Under the pieces are notes generated by a model. That model ran no database searches and was not told the DNA's origin. It saw nothing but the letters and a program-made list of their open reading frames with translations. 64,000 nt of DNA from contig JAZNND010000018.1 of the NCBI GenBank assembly GCA_045580085.1, positions 1,783 through 65,782 of the forward strand, read 5' to 3'. Below are positions 9,297-18,414 of this stretch, one piece after another; the first letter of the stretch is position 1; each line of letters opens with the position of its first letter. A program made the position numbers and the translations under genes. This stretch comes from Eubacteriales bacterium (GTDB lineage: Bacteria > Bacillota > Clostridia > Oscillospirales > CAG-272).

Positions 9297-10495
9297 AAAC
9301 ATTATGGTTAGGTATTCACACCAACGAGGCTCTCAATAAGGATATTTTGGCGCACGGCGGTAAGTTTATGTCGGGCAAGGTGGCGGAAAGCTGCCTTCTT
9401 GAGGGCTTCGATGCCATCATGACCGAAAAGCTTGATACGGTAAACTCCTTCCGCTATCCTCCCTTCCCCAAAGGGCCTTTGGTTGTATCGCGCACCGCAT
9501 GGTCGCGCACCGAGGGCACGCAGGATGTCAGCGTCCGTTATTTGAATCTTCCCTATCTTTCCATTCCTTCACGCGAGCGCGCATTGGTCAAAGAGGCAAA
9601 AAGATGGTGCAAAAGCGTCCCCAAGGATGAACCCATTTGCGTTTTCATCTACTCGATGCATTCCCCTTTTATGAAGGCGGCATCCGCCATCAAAAAGATG
9701 CGCCCCGACGCTAAGATTGCCATGCTGGTGCTCGATCTTCCGCAGTTTATGGATCTTCACATGTCGCGTCTTAAAAAGATGCTCAAAAACATGGACTGGA
9801 AAAAGATCCGCAAGCTCATGAAAAACGTGGATAAGTACATTCTCTACAGCCGCCACATGGCAGATTTTTTGGAGTTGAAGGACGGCACGTGGACGGTGAT
9901 GGAAGGAGCATACGACGCTTCCTTGCTCGTCGAGGACAAGGATGTCCAAAAGGACGAAAGCAAAATTTCCGTGATGTATTCGGGCGTATTAGACCTGCGT
10001 TACGGTGTGAGAGAACTGCTTGATGCCATGGAACTGCTTGACGACCGTTATGAGCTTTGGCTGACGGGCAACGGTAATGCCGTTTCCCTGATTCGGGAAA
10101 GGGCGGAAAAGGATGAGCGCATTCAATTCATGGGCTATCTTCCTTCCCGCTACGACCTTCTCAAAAAGCAACGCGAAGCCACCATGCTGATCAGCACCCG
10201 CGATCCTTCCGAGGAGGCTTCCGCCTATTGCTTCCCCTCTAAGATTTTTGAATATATGGTGTCGGGCAACCCTGTGATTTCCACCGAAATCCGAGGCATT
10301 CCCGAAGAATATTTCAAGTATCTCATTCCGCTTCGCACCATCGCGCCCAAAGAAATTGCGGATACCGTAAAACAGGTGTCAAAGATGGAAGAGGGCGCGC
10401 GCCGCGCCTTGGGTGAATGCGGCAGGCAATATATATTAAAAGAAAAAAACAATGTCGCGCAAGCGAAAAACATGATCGATTTTATGATCAAGTAA
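9293..10495 (+). CDS. Glycosyltransferase, paralogue of 7385-8704
   Basis: ATGA overlap with the acetyltransferase gene. 400 aa. Shares long identical nucleotide patches with 7385-8704. Confidence 0.7.
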   Translation: MKTLWLGIHTNEALNKDILAHGGKFMSGKVAESCLLEGFDAIMTEKLDTVNSFRYPPFPKGPLVVSRTAWSRTEGTQDVSVRYLNLPYLSIPSRERALVKEAKRWCKSVPKDEPICVFIYSMHSPFMKAASAIKKMRPDAKIAMLVLDLPQFMDLHMSRLKKMLKNMDWKKIRKLMKNVDKYILYSRHMADFLELKDGTWTVMEGAYDASLLVEDKDVQKDESKISVMYSGVLDLRYGVRELLDAMELLDDRYELWLTGNGNAVSLIRERAEKDERIQFMGYLPSRYDLLKKQREATMLISTRDPSEEASAYCFPSKIFEYMVSGNPVISTEIRGIPEEYFKYLIPLRTIAPKEIADTVKQVSKMEEGARRALGECGRQYILKEKNNVAQAKNMIDFMIK

Positions 10496-10517
10496 GTAAA
10501 ATTTTAACGGAGTAATC

Positions 10518-11699
10518 ATGATGTCCAAGATTGAACTTAGCACAGCAGTAAAATATGCAATGATTTTTTGTTTCCTCCTTTTTGCTGTGGATGCTTTGGG
10601 GTACGGCTGGTATATTTTCGGCTTAGCCTTTTGCCTTATGGGCTTATATCTGCTGATCTCGCACAAAAACTTGGAGCTCAATGCCCTATTCTTTTGGGTT
10701 GCGCTTTTGGCTTTTTCCAATTTTCTCATCATGTTCGTCCACTCAAACGCAAGCCTCGTCACCAAAATCATCAAGTATTTGATATCCCCCATCGGCGGAT
10801 ATCTCATCGGTTTGACGCTTGCCTCCACAAGAAAAGAAAAAGACAGCATCATCAAGCTATATTTCTTTGCGGTTATTCCCTACTTTATACACGGCGTTTT
10901 GGACCTGCTCATCTTTGACGGTTTTGCCGGCTTCGAAAGAGAGATTGCCGATTTCTGGACGGGTGAATTATGGAAAGCCACCTTGGTTTGCACCTATTTT
11001 GCCATGACAGTTCCCTTGTTCTTCTTGGCTTTCTTCACCAACAAGATCTCCAAAAAGATCGCCTATCTTTTCTTCACCGTAGCATCGGTGTACGCTTGTA
11101 TCGTCACGGCATCCCGAACGGTCATCTTCATCGGTTTGATCGTTACGGCATTGATTATTCTTTTGTGTATCTTCGGCAAGAAAAAGGCAGAGCGCAAAAA
11201 CAGCCGAGGCATCATCATCTTTCAGTTTCTCATCATCGGCGCGATCGTTGCCGTGATCTTATCCGCCAATATCGATGCCCTCGCCTCCACCGATTTCTTC
11301 AACCGTATGTTTGAAAGCGATATGTCGGAGGAGCCGCGTATACAACTCTTCAAAAATATCATCGACAACGCTTGGATGTACCCCTTCGGAAACATGCCCT
11401 ACTTCTATTCGCATAACACGTGGCTTGACTTTTTGCGTGAAAGCGGTTGGATCACCTTTGCCTTCTTCTGCGTAATCACCGTGATAGTCATCAGAGACAT
11501 CATCCGCATTTACAGAGACAAAGAACTCTCGCAAGAGCACAGAATCGCCGTCGTAGCCATGATGACCGCCCTTATGCTCGATATGTTCGTTGAGCCCGTT
11601 ATGGACGGTGCGGCAATCCTTTTCAGCCTATTCTTTTACTTTATCGGCGTAAACAGCCGCTTCGCCCAAGAAGCCAAACGGAGGAAAAAAGATGTCTAA
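10518..11699 (+). CDS. Polytopic membrane protein, O-antigen polymerase/ligase (Wzy)-like
   Basis: About 10 hydrophobic segments throughout. Its position next to the flippase in a Wzx/Wzy locus. No sharper motif recognised. Confidence 0.55.
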   Translation: MMSKIELSTAVKYAMIFCFLLFAVDALGYGWYIFGLAFCLMGLYLLISHKNLELNALFFWVALLAFSNFLIMFVHSNASLVTKIIKYLISPIGGYLIGLTLASTRKEKDSIIKLYFFAVIPYFIHGVLDLLIFDGFAGFEREIADFWTGELWKATLVCTYFAMTVPLFFLAFFTNKISKKIAYLFFTVASVYACIVTASRTVIFIGLIVTALIILLCIFGKKKAERKNSRGIIIFQFLIIGAIVAVILSANIDALASTDFFNRMFESDMSEEPRIQLFKNIIDNAWMYPFGNMPYFYSHNTWLDFLRESGWITFAFFCVITVIVIRDIIRIYRDKELSQEHRIAVVAMMTALMLDMFVEPVMDGAAILFSLFFYFIGVNSRFAQEAKRRKKDV

Positions 11700-13176
11700 A
11701 CTAAGAAGCAACATGATCTATCAGACGATATATCAAGTTCTCGCGATTTGCGTGCCGCTTTTGACATCTCCGTATCTCTCCCGCGTGCTCGGTGCGGAAG
11801 GCTTGGGCATTTATTCTTACAACTATTCCATTGTCAGCTACTTTATGCTCTTTGCCCTTTTGGGTGTTATGCACTACGGTATGCGAACCATCTCGCAAAG
11901 CCGAGATAAAGAGGAAGTCAGCCGAAACTTTTTCGGTATTTACATTTTTCAGTTATTTTCGTCTTTCCTCTCTTTGACGGTTTATACCGTCTTCATCTTG
12001 TTTTTCATCAAAGAAGAGATCGCTCGAATCGTCTCTTTCATACATATTTTGTACTTGGTTGCGGAATGTTTAAATATCAACTGGCTGTTTTTCGGCTTGG
12101 AACGGTATAAGGAAACCGTCATCCGTAACATCATCATCAAACTTTTGACACTCGCCTCAATCTTCCTCTTTGTCAAGAAGAAAGAGGATGTTGTCATCTA
12201 TATTCTGATTCTTGCACTCGGTCATTTGATCAGCAATTTGGTGATGTGGTTCCGCGCAAAATCTTGCTTACAAAGGGTGAAAATCACGCGCGCGGACGTT
12301 ATAAAGCACATCAAACCCAACATCGTATTGTTCATCCCCGCTTTGGCGGCAAGCGTCTATCATATCATGGACAAGACCATTCTCGGTCTTTTCAGCGACA
12401 ACGCCCAAAGCGGATATTATTATAACGCCGACAAGCTGCTCAACATTCCTTTAACGGTGGTCACGGGGTGCAGTACCGTCTTTATGACGCGAACCTGCTC
12501 CTTGTTCGGAAAGGGAGACAGCGAAGGCGTCAAAAAAACGCAAAACGAGTCCATCTTCTTCGGTATGTGCATCATCTCGGCTGTTTCCTTCGGCATATGT
12601 GCCGTCGCAAACGAGTTTGTGCCTTGGTTCTTCGGCCCGGGATATGAGCCATGCATTTCCTTGGTAAAATACTTTGCCATAATCGTTATTCTCAAAACCA
12701 TTTCCACACACACGCGCAGCGTATTCCTCATCCCCGAAAGCAACGACAAATCCTATGCCAAAGCCATTGCCGTCGGTGCTGTGGTCAACCTCGCATCCAA
12801 CTGCCTTTGGGTGGTATATCTCAAGCTCGGTGCTTTTGGTGCAACGCTCTCAACATTGTCTGCCGAGTTTGTCGTCGTGTTCACACAAATCCTATTCATG
12901 AAGAATTCCTCTTCGCGCAAAAACTGCTTGAAAGGCATTTTATACAGCATGGTATACCTTGGCATGGGTGCGGTTATGCTTCTTGTAGTGGAACTGCTTC
13001 CTTTGCATTTCGGCGGCTTGTTTATCACCATTTTGATCAAGGTTGCCATCGGAATGTGTATCTATTTGGCAGAATGCTTGATTGTTTGGCGATGCGTTCC
13101 TTCTCTCATGCCCGATATGATCGGAGAAACCGTTGCGCAAATAAAACGAAAACTGTTTCGAAAAAAGCGAAATTAA
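11692..13176 (+). CDS. wzx: Polysaccharide flippase (MOP/Wzx family)
   Basis: 494 aa, polytopic. N-terminus ...QVLAICVPLLTSPYLSRVLGAEGLGIYSY is typical of Wzx-type polysaccharide biosynthesis proteins. RBS GGAGG. Confidence 0.8.
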   Translation: MSKLRSNMIYQTIYQVLAICVPLLTSPYLSRVLGAEGLGIYSYNYSIVSYFMLFALLGVMHYGMRTISQSRDKEEVSRNFFGIYIFQLFSSFLSLTVYTVFILFFIKEEIARIVSFIHILYLVAECLNINWLFFGLERYKETVIRNIIIKLLTLASIFLFVKKKEDVVIYILILALGHLISNLVMWFRAKSCLQRVKITRADVIKHIKPNIVLFIPALAASVYHIMDKTILGLFSDNAQSGYYYNADKLLNIPLTVVTGCSTVFMTRTCSLFGKGDSEGVKKTQNESIFFGMCIISAVSFGICAVANEFVPWFFGPGYEPCISLVKYFAIIVILKTISTHTRSVFLIPESNDKSYAKAIAVGAVVNLASNCLWVVYLKLGAFGATLSTLSAEFVVVFTQILFMKNSSSRKNCLKGILYSMVYLGMGAVMLLVVELLPLHFGGLFITILIKVAIGMCIYLAECLIVWRCVPSLMPDMIGETVAQIKRKLFRKKRN

Positions 13177-13221
13177 GGATGAATGATACCAAACGGTCAT
13201 CATTTTGAAAAAGGAGCTTAT

Positions 13222-16116
13222 ATGTCATACAAAAATCTTTTCCTCCGTCAATCTTACCTCGACGGATATGATTCCTACGCCCTGTCGCTGACGGAGTCGA
13301 GACACCGCCCCTTGCTTTGGGACTATGTGATCCTCACCGCCTCCAATGAGGCGCAGGCAGAGGCATATCGCTTGCAGATCGACTACCGCCTGGCGCAGAA
13401 TAAATTGCCGCGCGAAACACACTATGCCGTGATCCCCGATGAGGGCGGCAAGCGTGTAGGTTCGGGCGGAGCGACGCTCTCGGTCATGCGCTATATCCGC
13501 GAGCGTGAGGAAAGCTTCACCGGCAAGCGCATTTTGGTCATCCATTCGGGAGGCGATTCCAAGCGCGTGCCCCAATATTCGGCATGCGGCAAAATTTTCT
13601 CTCCCGTGCCCCGTCTTTTGCCGGACGGCAGACGTTCGACGCTTTTTGACGAATTTATCATCGGTATGACAGCGGTTCCCGCCCGTATTGCCGACGGTAT
13701 GCTGGTTTGCTCGGGTGATGTGCTCCTTCTCTTCAATCCTCTGCAAATTGATTTTTACGGCGGCGGTGCCGCGGCACTTTCCATCAAAGAAAACGTGGCG
13801 ACGGGTAAGAACCACGGCGTTTTCTTGGGTGGCGAAAACGGCAATGTAAAAGCCTTTTTGCACAAGCAATCCGAAGAGACTTTGCGCGCTAAAGGTGCAG
13901 TAGATCAAAGGGGCAACGTGGATATTGACACGGGTGCCATCCTCTTCGGCAGTGATATTTTGAACGATCTTTACGCTTTGGTCGAAACGCCCTTAGGCTA
14001 TGCCGCCTATGTTAACGACAAGGTGCGCTTATCCTTCTATGCGGATTTTGTATATCCGCTTGCCGAGGACGCGACGGAAGAGCAGTATTATAAGGAAACC
14101 CCCGAAGGAGATTTTTCGGATGAGCTGACGGCGTGCCGCCGTGAGCTTTGGCGTGTTTTGCACGGCTACAAAATGAAGCTTTTGCGCTTCTCTCCCGCCT
14201 CCTTCATTCATTTCGGCACCACGCGTGAGCTTTTACAGCTTATGACGGAGGAAATGCCCTCTTATGCCTTTCTCGATTGGTCTGCTTTGGTCAGCACCAA
14301 CCGTGTCAAGGGAGACTTTGCCGCCTCACATTCCTACGTCAGCCGCAAGGCAGAGGTAGGCCACGGCTCTTATATTGAGGACAGTTATATCCACAAAGGC
14401 ACCGTAATCGGAAAAGGCTGTGTGATCTCCGGCGTCACGCTTGACGGTGAAACGATACCCGACGGTACGGTGCTTCACGGTTTAAAGCTCCGCGACGGCA
14501 GATTTATCGTGCGTAAATACGCAGTGACAGACAACCCCAAGGAAGCTCTTTGGTTTGGAAAACCCCTGCCCATGCCGCTTTGGGACTGCCCGCTGTTTGC
14601 CGTTTGCGACACCATCCCCGAAGCGGTACGCAAAACCTTGGCGGAAGAGCCGGGAGAGGAAATGCTCTCCTTGAAGGAAAGCTTTGCGCGCGCCGACGTC
14701 ACTCAAATCTTGCCCTGGCAGGAAAAGCTTGACGACCGCATCAAGGCAGAGGCTCTGCTCGCTTCGATTGACAACGGTGTTCCCGCAGAGGATGCCATCC
14801 GCGTATTCCGCGGCAATGTTTCGCCCCGCGCGGCGGAATTCCTTTTGACAAAGGCAAATGCTCTTTCCAATATTGCCCTTGCCGATTTCAGCAAAAAAAT
14901 CCGCATTTATTACTATCTCTCCCGTGCCTCCGTCGGTGCGGAGCGTGAAAAATATCTTTCGCTCTGCTTTGAAACCATTCGCCGTGCCATCACGGACGCA
15001 TCCGGCAAAGCGGCATATTTGACCGACGCGCACATCGCGAAAGACGCTGTCAAGGTTGCGCTTCCCGTGCGCATTAACTTCGGCGGCGGATGGTCGGATA
15101 CCCCTCCTTATTGCTTGGAAAACGGCGGCACGGTGCTCAACGCCGCCATCACCATCAACGGCAAGCTTCCCATTGAAGTGGAAATGAAGCGTCTTCCCGA
15201 GAAAAAAATCGCGCTTGCCAGCACCGATAACGGCTCGTATCATGAGTTTACGAGCACCAAGGAACTCCAAAACTGCTTTAACCCCGCCGATCCCTATGCT
15301 TTACACAAGGCGGCTTTGATCGCGTGCGGCATCATTCCCGAGGAGGAGAATATTCCTCTGTCCGAAATTTTGGATAATCTTGGCGGCGGTATTTATCTCT
15401 CCACCTGCGTATACAACATTCCGCGCGGATCGGGACTTGGCACGAGCTCCATTTTAGCGGGTGCCTGTGTCAAAGCCATTTATGAATTTTTGGGCATTGC
15501 CGCCGATAACGATATGCTCTATGAGCGCGTCATGTGCCTTGAGCAGATCATGTCTACCGGAGGCGGATGGCAAGATCAGGTCGGCGGTATTGCAAAGGGC
15601 ATTAAAATGGTTTCCGCCCCTTCGGGCATGGTTCAAAAATTATCATGCATGCCGCTTCTCTTATCCGATGAGACAAAAGAAGCACTCGACCGCCGTTTCG
15701 CGCTGGTCTACACCGGTCAAAGACGCTTGGCGCGTAACCTTTTGCGCGAGGTCGTCGGCAAATATATCGGTGCCAATCCGCAAACGACCGAGGCACTCTA
15801 CGAAATTCAGCGCACAGCGGTGCTCATGCGCTTTGAGCTCGAAAAAGGCAATCTTAAGGGCTTCGCCGAGCTTTTGAATCGCCATTGGGGGCTTTCCCGT
15901 CAAATTGATGCCGGCTGTACCAACACCTGCATCGACCAGATCTTCGGTTCGATTGAAGACTTGATCGACGGTAAGATGATCTGCGGCGCGGGCGGCGGCG
16001 GCTATTTGCAAGTCCTCATGAAAGAGGGCGTCACCGTCGAAGATCTCCGTGCTCGTCTTGAAAGCGTGTTTGCCGGAAGCGGCGTGGAAGCCGCCAAGTG
16101 TGAATTTGTGTTTTAA
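13222..16116 (+). CDS. fkp: Bifunctional L-fucokinase / fucose-1-phosphate guanylyltransferase (Fkp-like)
   Basis: ATG 13222 after AAAGGAG. About 964 aa. N-terminal pyrophosphorylase-like half (VIHSGGDSKRVPQYS). C-terminal GHMP-kinase half (RINFGGGWSDTPPYCLENGGTVLNAAI, PRGSGLGTSSILAGA). Confidence 0.75.
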   Translation: MSYKNLFLRQSYLDGYDSYALSLTESRHRPLLWDYVILTASNEAQAEAYRLQIDYRLAQNKLPRETHYAVIPDEGGKRVGSGGATLSVMRYIREREESFTGKRILVIHSGGDSKRVPQYSACGKIFSPVPRLLPDGRRSTLFDEFIIGMTAVPARIADGMLVCSGDVLLLFNPLQIDFYGGGAAALSIKENVATGKNHGVFLGGENGNVKAFLHKQSEETLRAKGAVDQRGNVDIDTGAILFGSDILNDLYALVETPLGYAAYVNDKVRLSFYADFVYPLAEDATEEQYYKETPEGDFSDELTACRRELWRVLHGYKMKLLRFSPASFIHFGTTRELLQLMTEEMPSYAFLDWSALVSTNRVKGDFAASHSYVSRKAEVGHGSYIEDSYIHKGTVIGKGCVISGVTLDGETIPDGTVLHGLKLRDGRFIVRKYAVTDNPKEALWFGKPLPMPLWDCPLFAVCDTIPEAVRKTLAEEPGEEMLSLKESFARADVTQILPWQEKLDDRIKAEALLASIDNGVPAEDAIRVFRGNVSPRAAEFLLTKANALSNIALADFSKKIRIYYYLSRASVGAEREKYLSLCFETIRRAITDASGKAAYLTDAHIAKDAVKVALPVRINFGGGWSDTPPYCLENGGTVLNAAITINGKLPIEVEMKRLPEKKIALASTDNGSYHEFTSTKELQNCFNPADPYALHKAALIACGIIPEEENIPLSEILDNLGGGIYLSTCVYNIPRGSGLGTSSILAGACVKAIYEFLGIAADNDMLYERVMCLEQIMSTGGGWQDQVGGIAKGIKMVSAPSGMVQKLSCMPLLLSDETKEALDRRFALVYTGQRRLARNLLREVVGKYIGANPQTTEALYEIQRTAVLMRFELEKGNLKGFAELLNRHWGLSRQIDAGCTNTCIDQIFGSIEDLIDGKMICGAGGGGYLQVLMKEGVTVEDLRARLESVFAGSGVEAAKCEFVF

Positions 16117-16179
16117 CCATTTTATTCCATTTTAAGGAAAGGTGTGGGCTGTCGCATCCGCGGCAGCCCCTATTATCCT

Positions 16180-17334
16180 ATGCAAGAACTGTTTTTCGCT
16201 CTTTTAAGGCAAGAGCTTGACGGCGTTCCGCTTTCAGAGAAGGCTGTGGCATCTTTATCCGACGCACAAACGCAAAGAAGGCTTTATCTTTTTGCCAAAA
16301 ACCATGATTTAGCCCATATGATTGGTGCCGCGTTAGAAAAAAGCGAGCTTCTTTCGGATGAAAAAAGCCAAAAAGCCTTTTCCGAAGTGCGCATCAAGGC
16401 TCTTTACCGCTACACCCGCCTTTGGCACGCCTATGGGCAAATCACGGCTCTTTTTGAGGAAAAAAAGATGCCCTTTATTCCTTTGAAAGGGGCACTTTTG
16501 CGCCATCTCTACCCGGTGCCCGAAATGCGTACCAGTGCCGATATTGATCTTTTGGTGCCGGAAAACCGTCTTAATGAAGCAGTTTCACTGCTGGAAGAGG
16601 CTCTCCATTTCACCAAAAGAGGTACCACCTATCACGATGTAAACCTTGTGCTCGGCGACGCTGTCAATTTAGAGCTTCATTATAATATCACGGAAGACGA
16701 TGAGGCTTTAGACCGCATGCTCTTACGCGCTTGGGAATTTGCCGCACCGCTTGATGTAGGCAAAAGTGAGCACCGTTTTTCCCCTGATTATTTCGCCTAC
16801 CATATTATTTCACACATGTGCAGTCACTTTATACGCGGCGGTTGCGGTGTCAAGCCCTTCATTGACCTTTGGCTTTTGAAGAAAAACAACCTCTTTGATA
16901 TCCAAAAAACACGTGCGCTTTGCGAAAATTCTCAAATTCACATCTTTTTCGACGCGGTTTTAAACCTTTTGGAAGTGTGGTTTGAAGGCAAAGAGCATAC
17001 CGAAACCACACGCGCCATGCAGGATTTTGTGTTCGGAGGCGGCGCATACGGCACCAAAGACAACCGTACCGCCGTTGGAACCGCAAAAAAGAACAGCGGC
17101 AGGTTTAAATATGCGTTTTCCCGTCTTTTTATGCCGAGAAAACAGCTTTCCCGCCTATATCCCATTCTCAAAAAGCATCCCTGGCTTTTACCCGTTTGCC
17201 AAGTGCGCCGCTGGTTCCGTACACTTCTTCGCGGCAGAGGAAAAACCGCTATGCGTGAATTAAGCGGTGCCGCTACCATGCCCAAAGCAAAAAAAGAGGC
17301 TATACACGCGCTTCTCGCTGATCTTGGACTCTAA
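16180..17334 (+). CDS. Uncharacterised nucleotidyltransferase-family protein (NTP_transf_5-like)
   Basis: IPLKGALLRHLYPVPEMRTSADIDLLVPENRLNEAVSLLEE resembles the minimal nucleotidyltransferase motif common in EPS loci. The listed ORF starts at GTG 16144; the first ATG is 16180. Confidence 0.55.
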   Translation: MQELFFALLRQELDGVPLSEKAVASLSDAQTQRRLYLFAKNHDLAHMIGAALEKSELLSDEKSQKAFSEVRIKALYRYTRLWHAYGQITALFEEKKMPFIPLKGALLRHLYPVPEMRTSADIDLLVPENRLNEAVSLLEEALHFTKRGTTYHDVNLVLGDAVNLELHYNITEDDEALDRMLLRAWEFAAPLDVGKSEHRFSPDYFAYHIISHMCSHFIRGGCGVKPFIDLWLLKKNNLFDIQKTRALCENSQIHIFFDAVLNLLEVWFEGKEHTETTRAMQDFVFGGGAYGTKDNRTAVGTAKKNSGRFKYAFSRLFMPRKQLSRLYPILKKHPWLLPVCQVRRWFRTLLRGRGKTAMRELSGAATMPKAKKEAIHALLADLGL

Positions 17335-17344
17335 GCTGTATGTA

Positions 17345-17385
17345 ACGCATGGCATAGTGCACACTGTGCCGTGCGTTTCTTTTTA
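17345..17385 (+). terminator. Rho-independent terminator ending the polysaccharide locus
   Basis: ACGCATGGCA...TGCCGTGCGT stem followed by TTTCTTTTT. Confidence 0.7.
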
Positions 17386-17476
17386 TAAAACCTTACTTTT
17401 CCTATCCTAACAGCAAAACTATCGCGAAAAATAGACATAAATCAGTTTTGATGCCGCGTTTTCCCTGTTTTAAGTG

Positions 17477-17545
17477 GTTTTCAACATAGTTTTCAACATT
17501 TCCATGTTGAAAACTCCCCTCTTTTGTGAAAAACTATGTTGAAAA
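17477..17545. promoter_or_regulatory. Cluster of five DnaA-box-like 9-mers (TTTTCAACA x2, TGTTGAAAA x2, TGTGAAAAA)
   Basis: Boxes at 17478-17486, 17490-17498, 17505-17513, 17525-17533 and 17537-17545. The same 9-mers recur in the dnaA-dnaN spacer. Confidence 0.5.
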
Positions 17546-17931
17546 TTCGGCATATAAACGCCAAAATAAGCTTTCACACCAAATGCGGTCCGTAATGATA
17601 AACCAAAATTATAGGGTAAAATTGCAACCTTTTTACAATACGATGCTAACCGATAACGGTTGCTGAAAAAACATCTATAAAGAATAAAATCGGATCAAAA
17701 AAGACCAAAAGATATCAAATGCATCATAAGGAATGCCAAACGGCGGAAAATTTACTTAAAACAGCAAAATAAAAGCCCGGTAATGCAGAATGAGGGGTGC
17801 AAAATAAGAATTAAGCTTTTATGAAAGATCAAAAGGATAGGAAAAATTATAAATATGAGAAAAAAGTCTGTGTGGCACAACAAAACACAGGCTTTTTCCT
17901 TTACTTACTCAAAACAATGATAAAATTCGAT

Positions 17932-17947
17932 TGTTTCATGTGAAACA
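17932..17947. promoter_or_regulatory. parS site TGTTTCATGTGAAACA
   Basis: 15/16 match to the Firmicute parS consensus TGTTNCACGTGAAACA. Confidence 0.85.
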
Positions 17948-18043
17948 TTTAGTTTACTCTTGCTTTCATAAACTTTTTTCCAAAAGGGTATGGAAAGAGA
18001 AAAATCGGCTTTTTCTATAAGTACCAATCATACCAAAATAGGT

Positions 18044-18059
18044 TGTTTCACGTGAAACA
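18044..18059. promoter_or_regulatory. parS site TGTTTCACGTGAAACA
   Basis: Perfect 16-bp palindrome matching the parS consensus. Confidence 0.9.
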
Positions 18060-18117
18060 GCAAGAGGGTGCCCCATCAATAGATTAACAACAAGCCTGCT
18101 CCCACTCAATCAGCCCA

Positions 18118-18133
18118 TGTTTCACGTGAAACA
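18118..18133. promoter_or_regulatory. parS site TGTTTCACGTGAAACA
   Basis: Perfect 16-bp palindrome matching the parS consensus. Confidence 0.9.
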
Positions 18134-18202
18134 TGGGAAACATGCTTTCTAATGTGATAGATTAGAGCACAAATCACTTTTGGGGACGGAAACACACTAA
18201 AA

Positions 18203-18218
18203 TGTTTCACATGAAACA
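18203..18218. promoter_or_regulatory. parS site TGTTTCACATGAAACA
   Basis: 15/16 match to the parS consensus. Confidence 0.85.
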
Positions 18219-18288
18219 TTCTTTTTCGGGAATTATGTAATGTTTTATAAAAATTTACGGTTGTAGGGTATTTTTCTTGTATTTTTGA

Positions 18289-18317
18289 TTGACATATGGT
18301 TCTCTTTCATGTATAAT
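18289..18317 (+). promoter_or_regulatory. Consensus sigma-A-type promoter of parAB (TTGACA-17-TATAAT)
   Basis: TTGACA 18289-18294, 17-nt spacer, TATAAT 18312-18317. It lies between parS sites 4 and 5. Confidence 0.65.
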
Positions 18318-18354
18318 AGAAGTAATAGAATGAAATACCCATCGAAAGCGGTAT

Positions 18355-18370
18355 TGTTTCATGTGAAACA
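18355..18370. promoter_or_regulatory. parS site TGTTTCATGTGAAACA in the parA 5' UTR
   Basis: 15/16 match to the parS consensus. It sits about 40 nt downstream of the -10 and 45 nt upstream of the parA ATG. Confidence 0.85.
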
Positions 18371-18414
18371 TGCGATCAGCCGCTTTTAGATGGCATAACG
18401 GAGGTATTATTGAT

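Noticed and set aside
17866-17900. Hairpin (CTGTGT...ACACAG + T-run) and a 21-codon ORF in the non-coding region upstream of the parS array.
   Set aside because: The stem is short and imperfect, and the ORF has no RBS. It may terminate read-through, but the evidence is too thin for a feature call.
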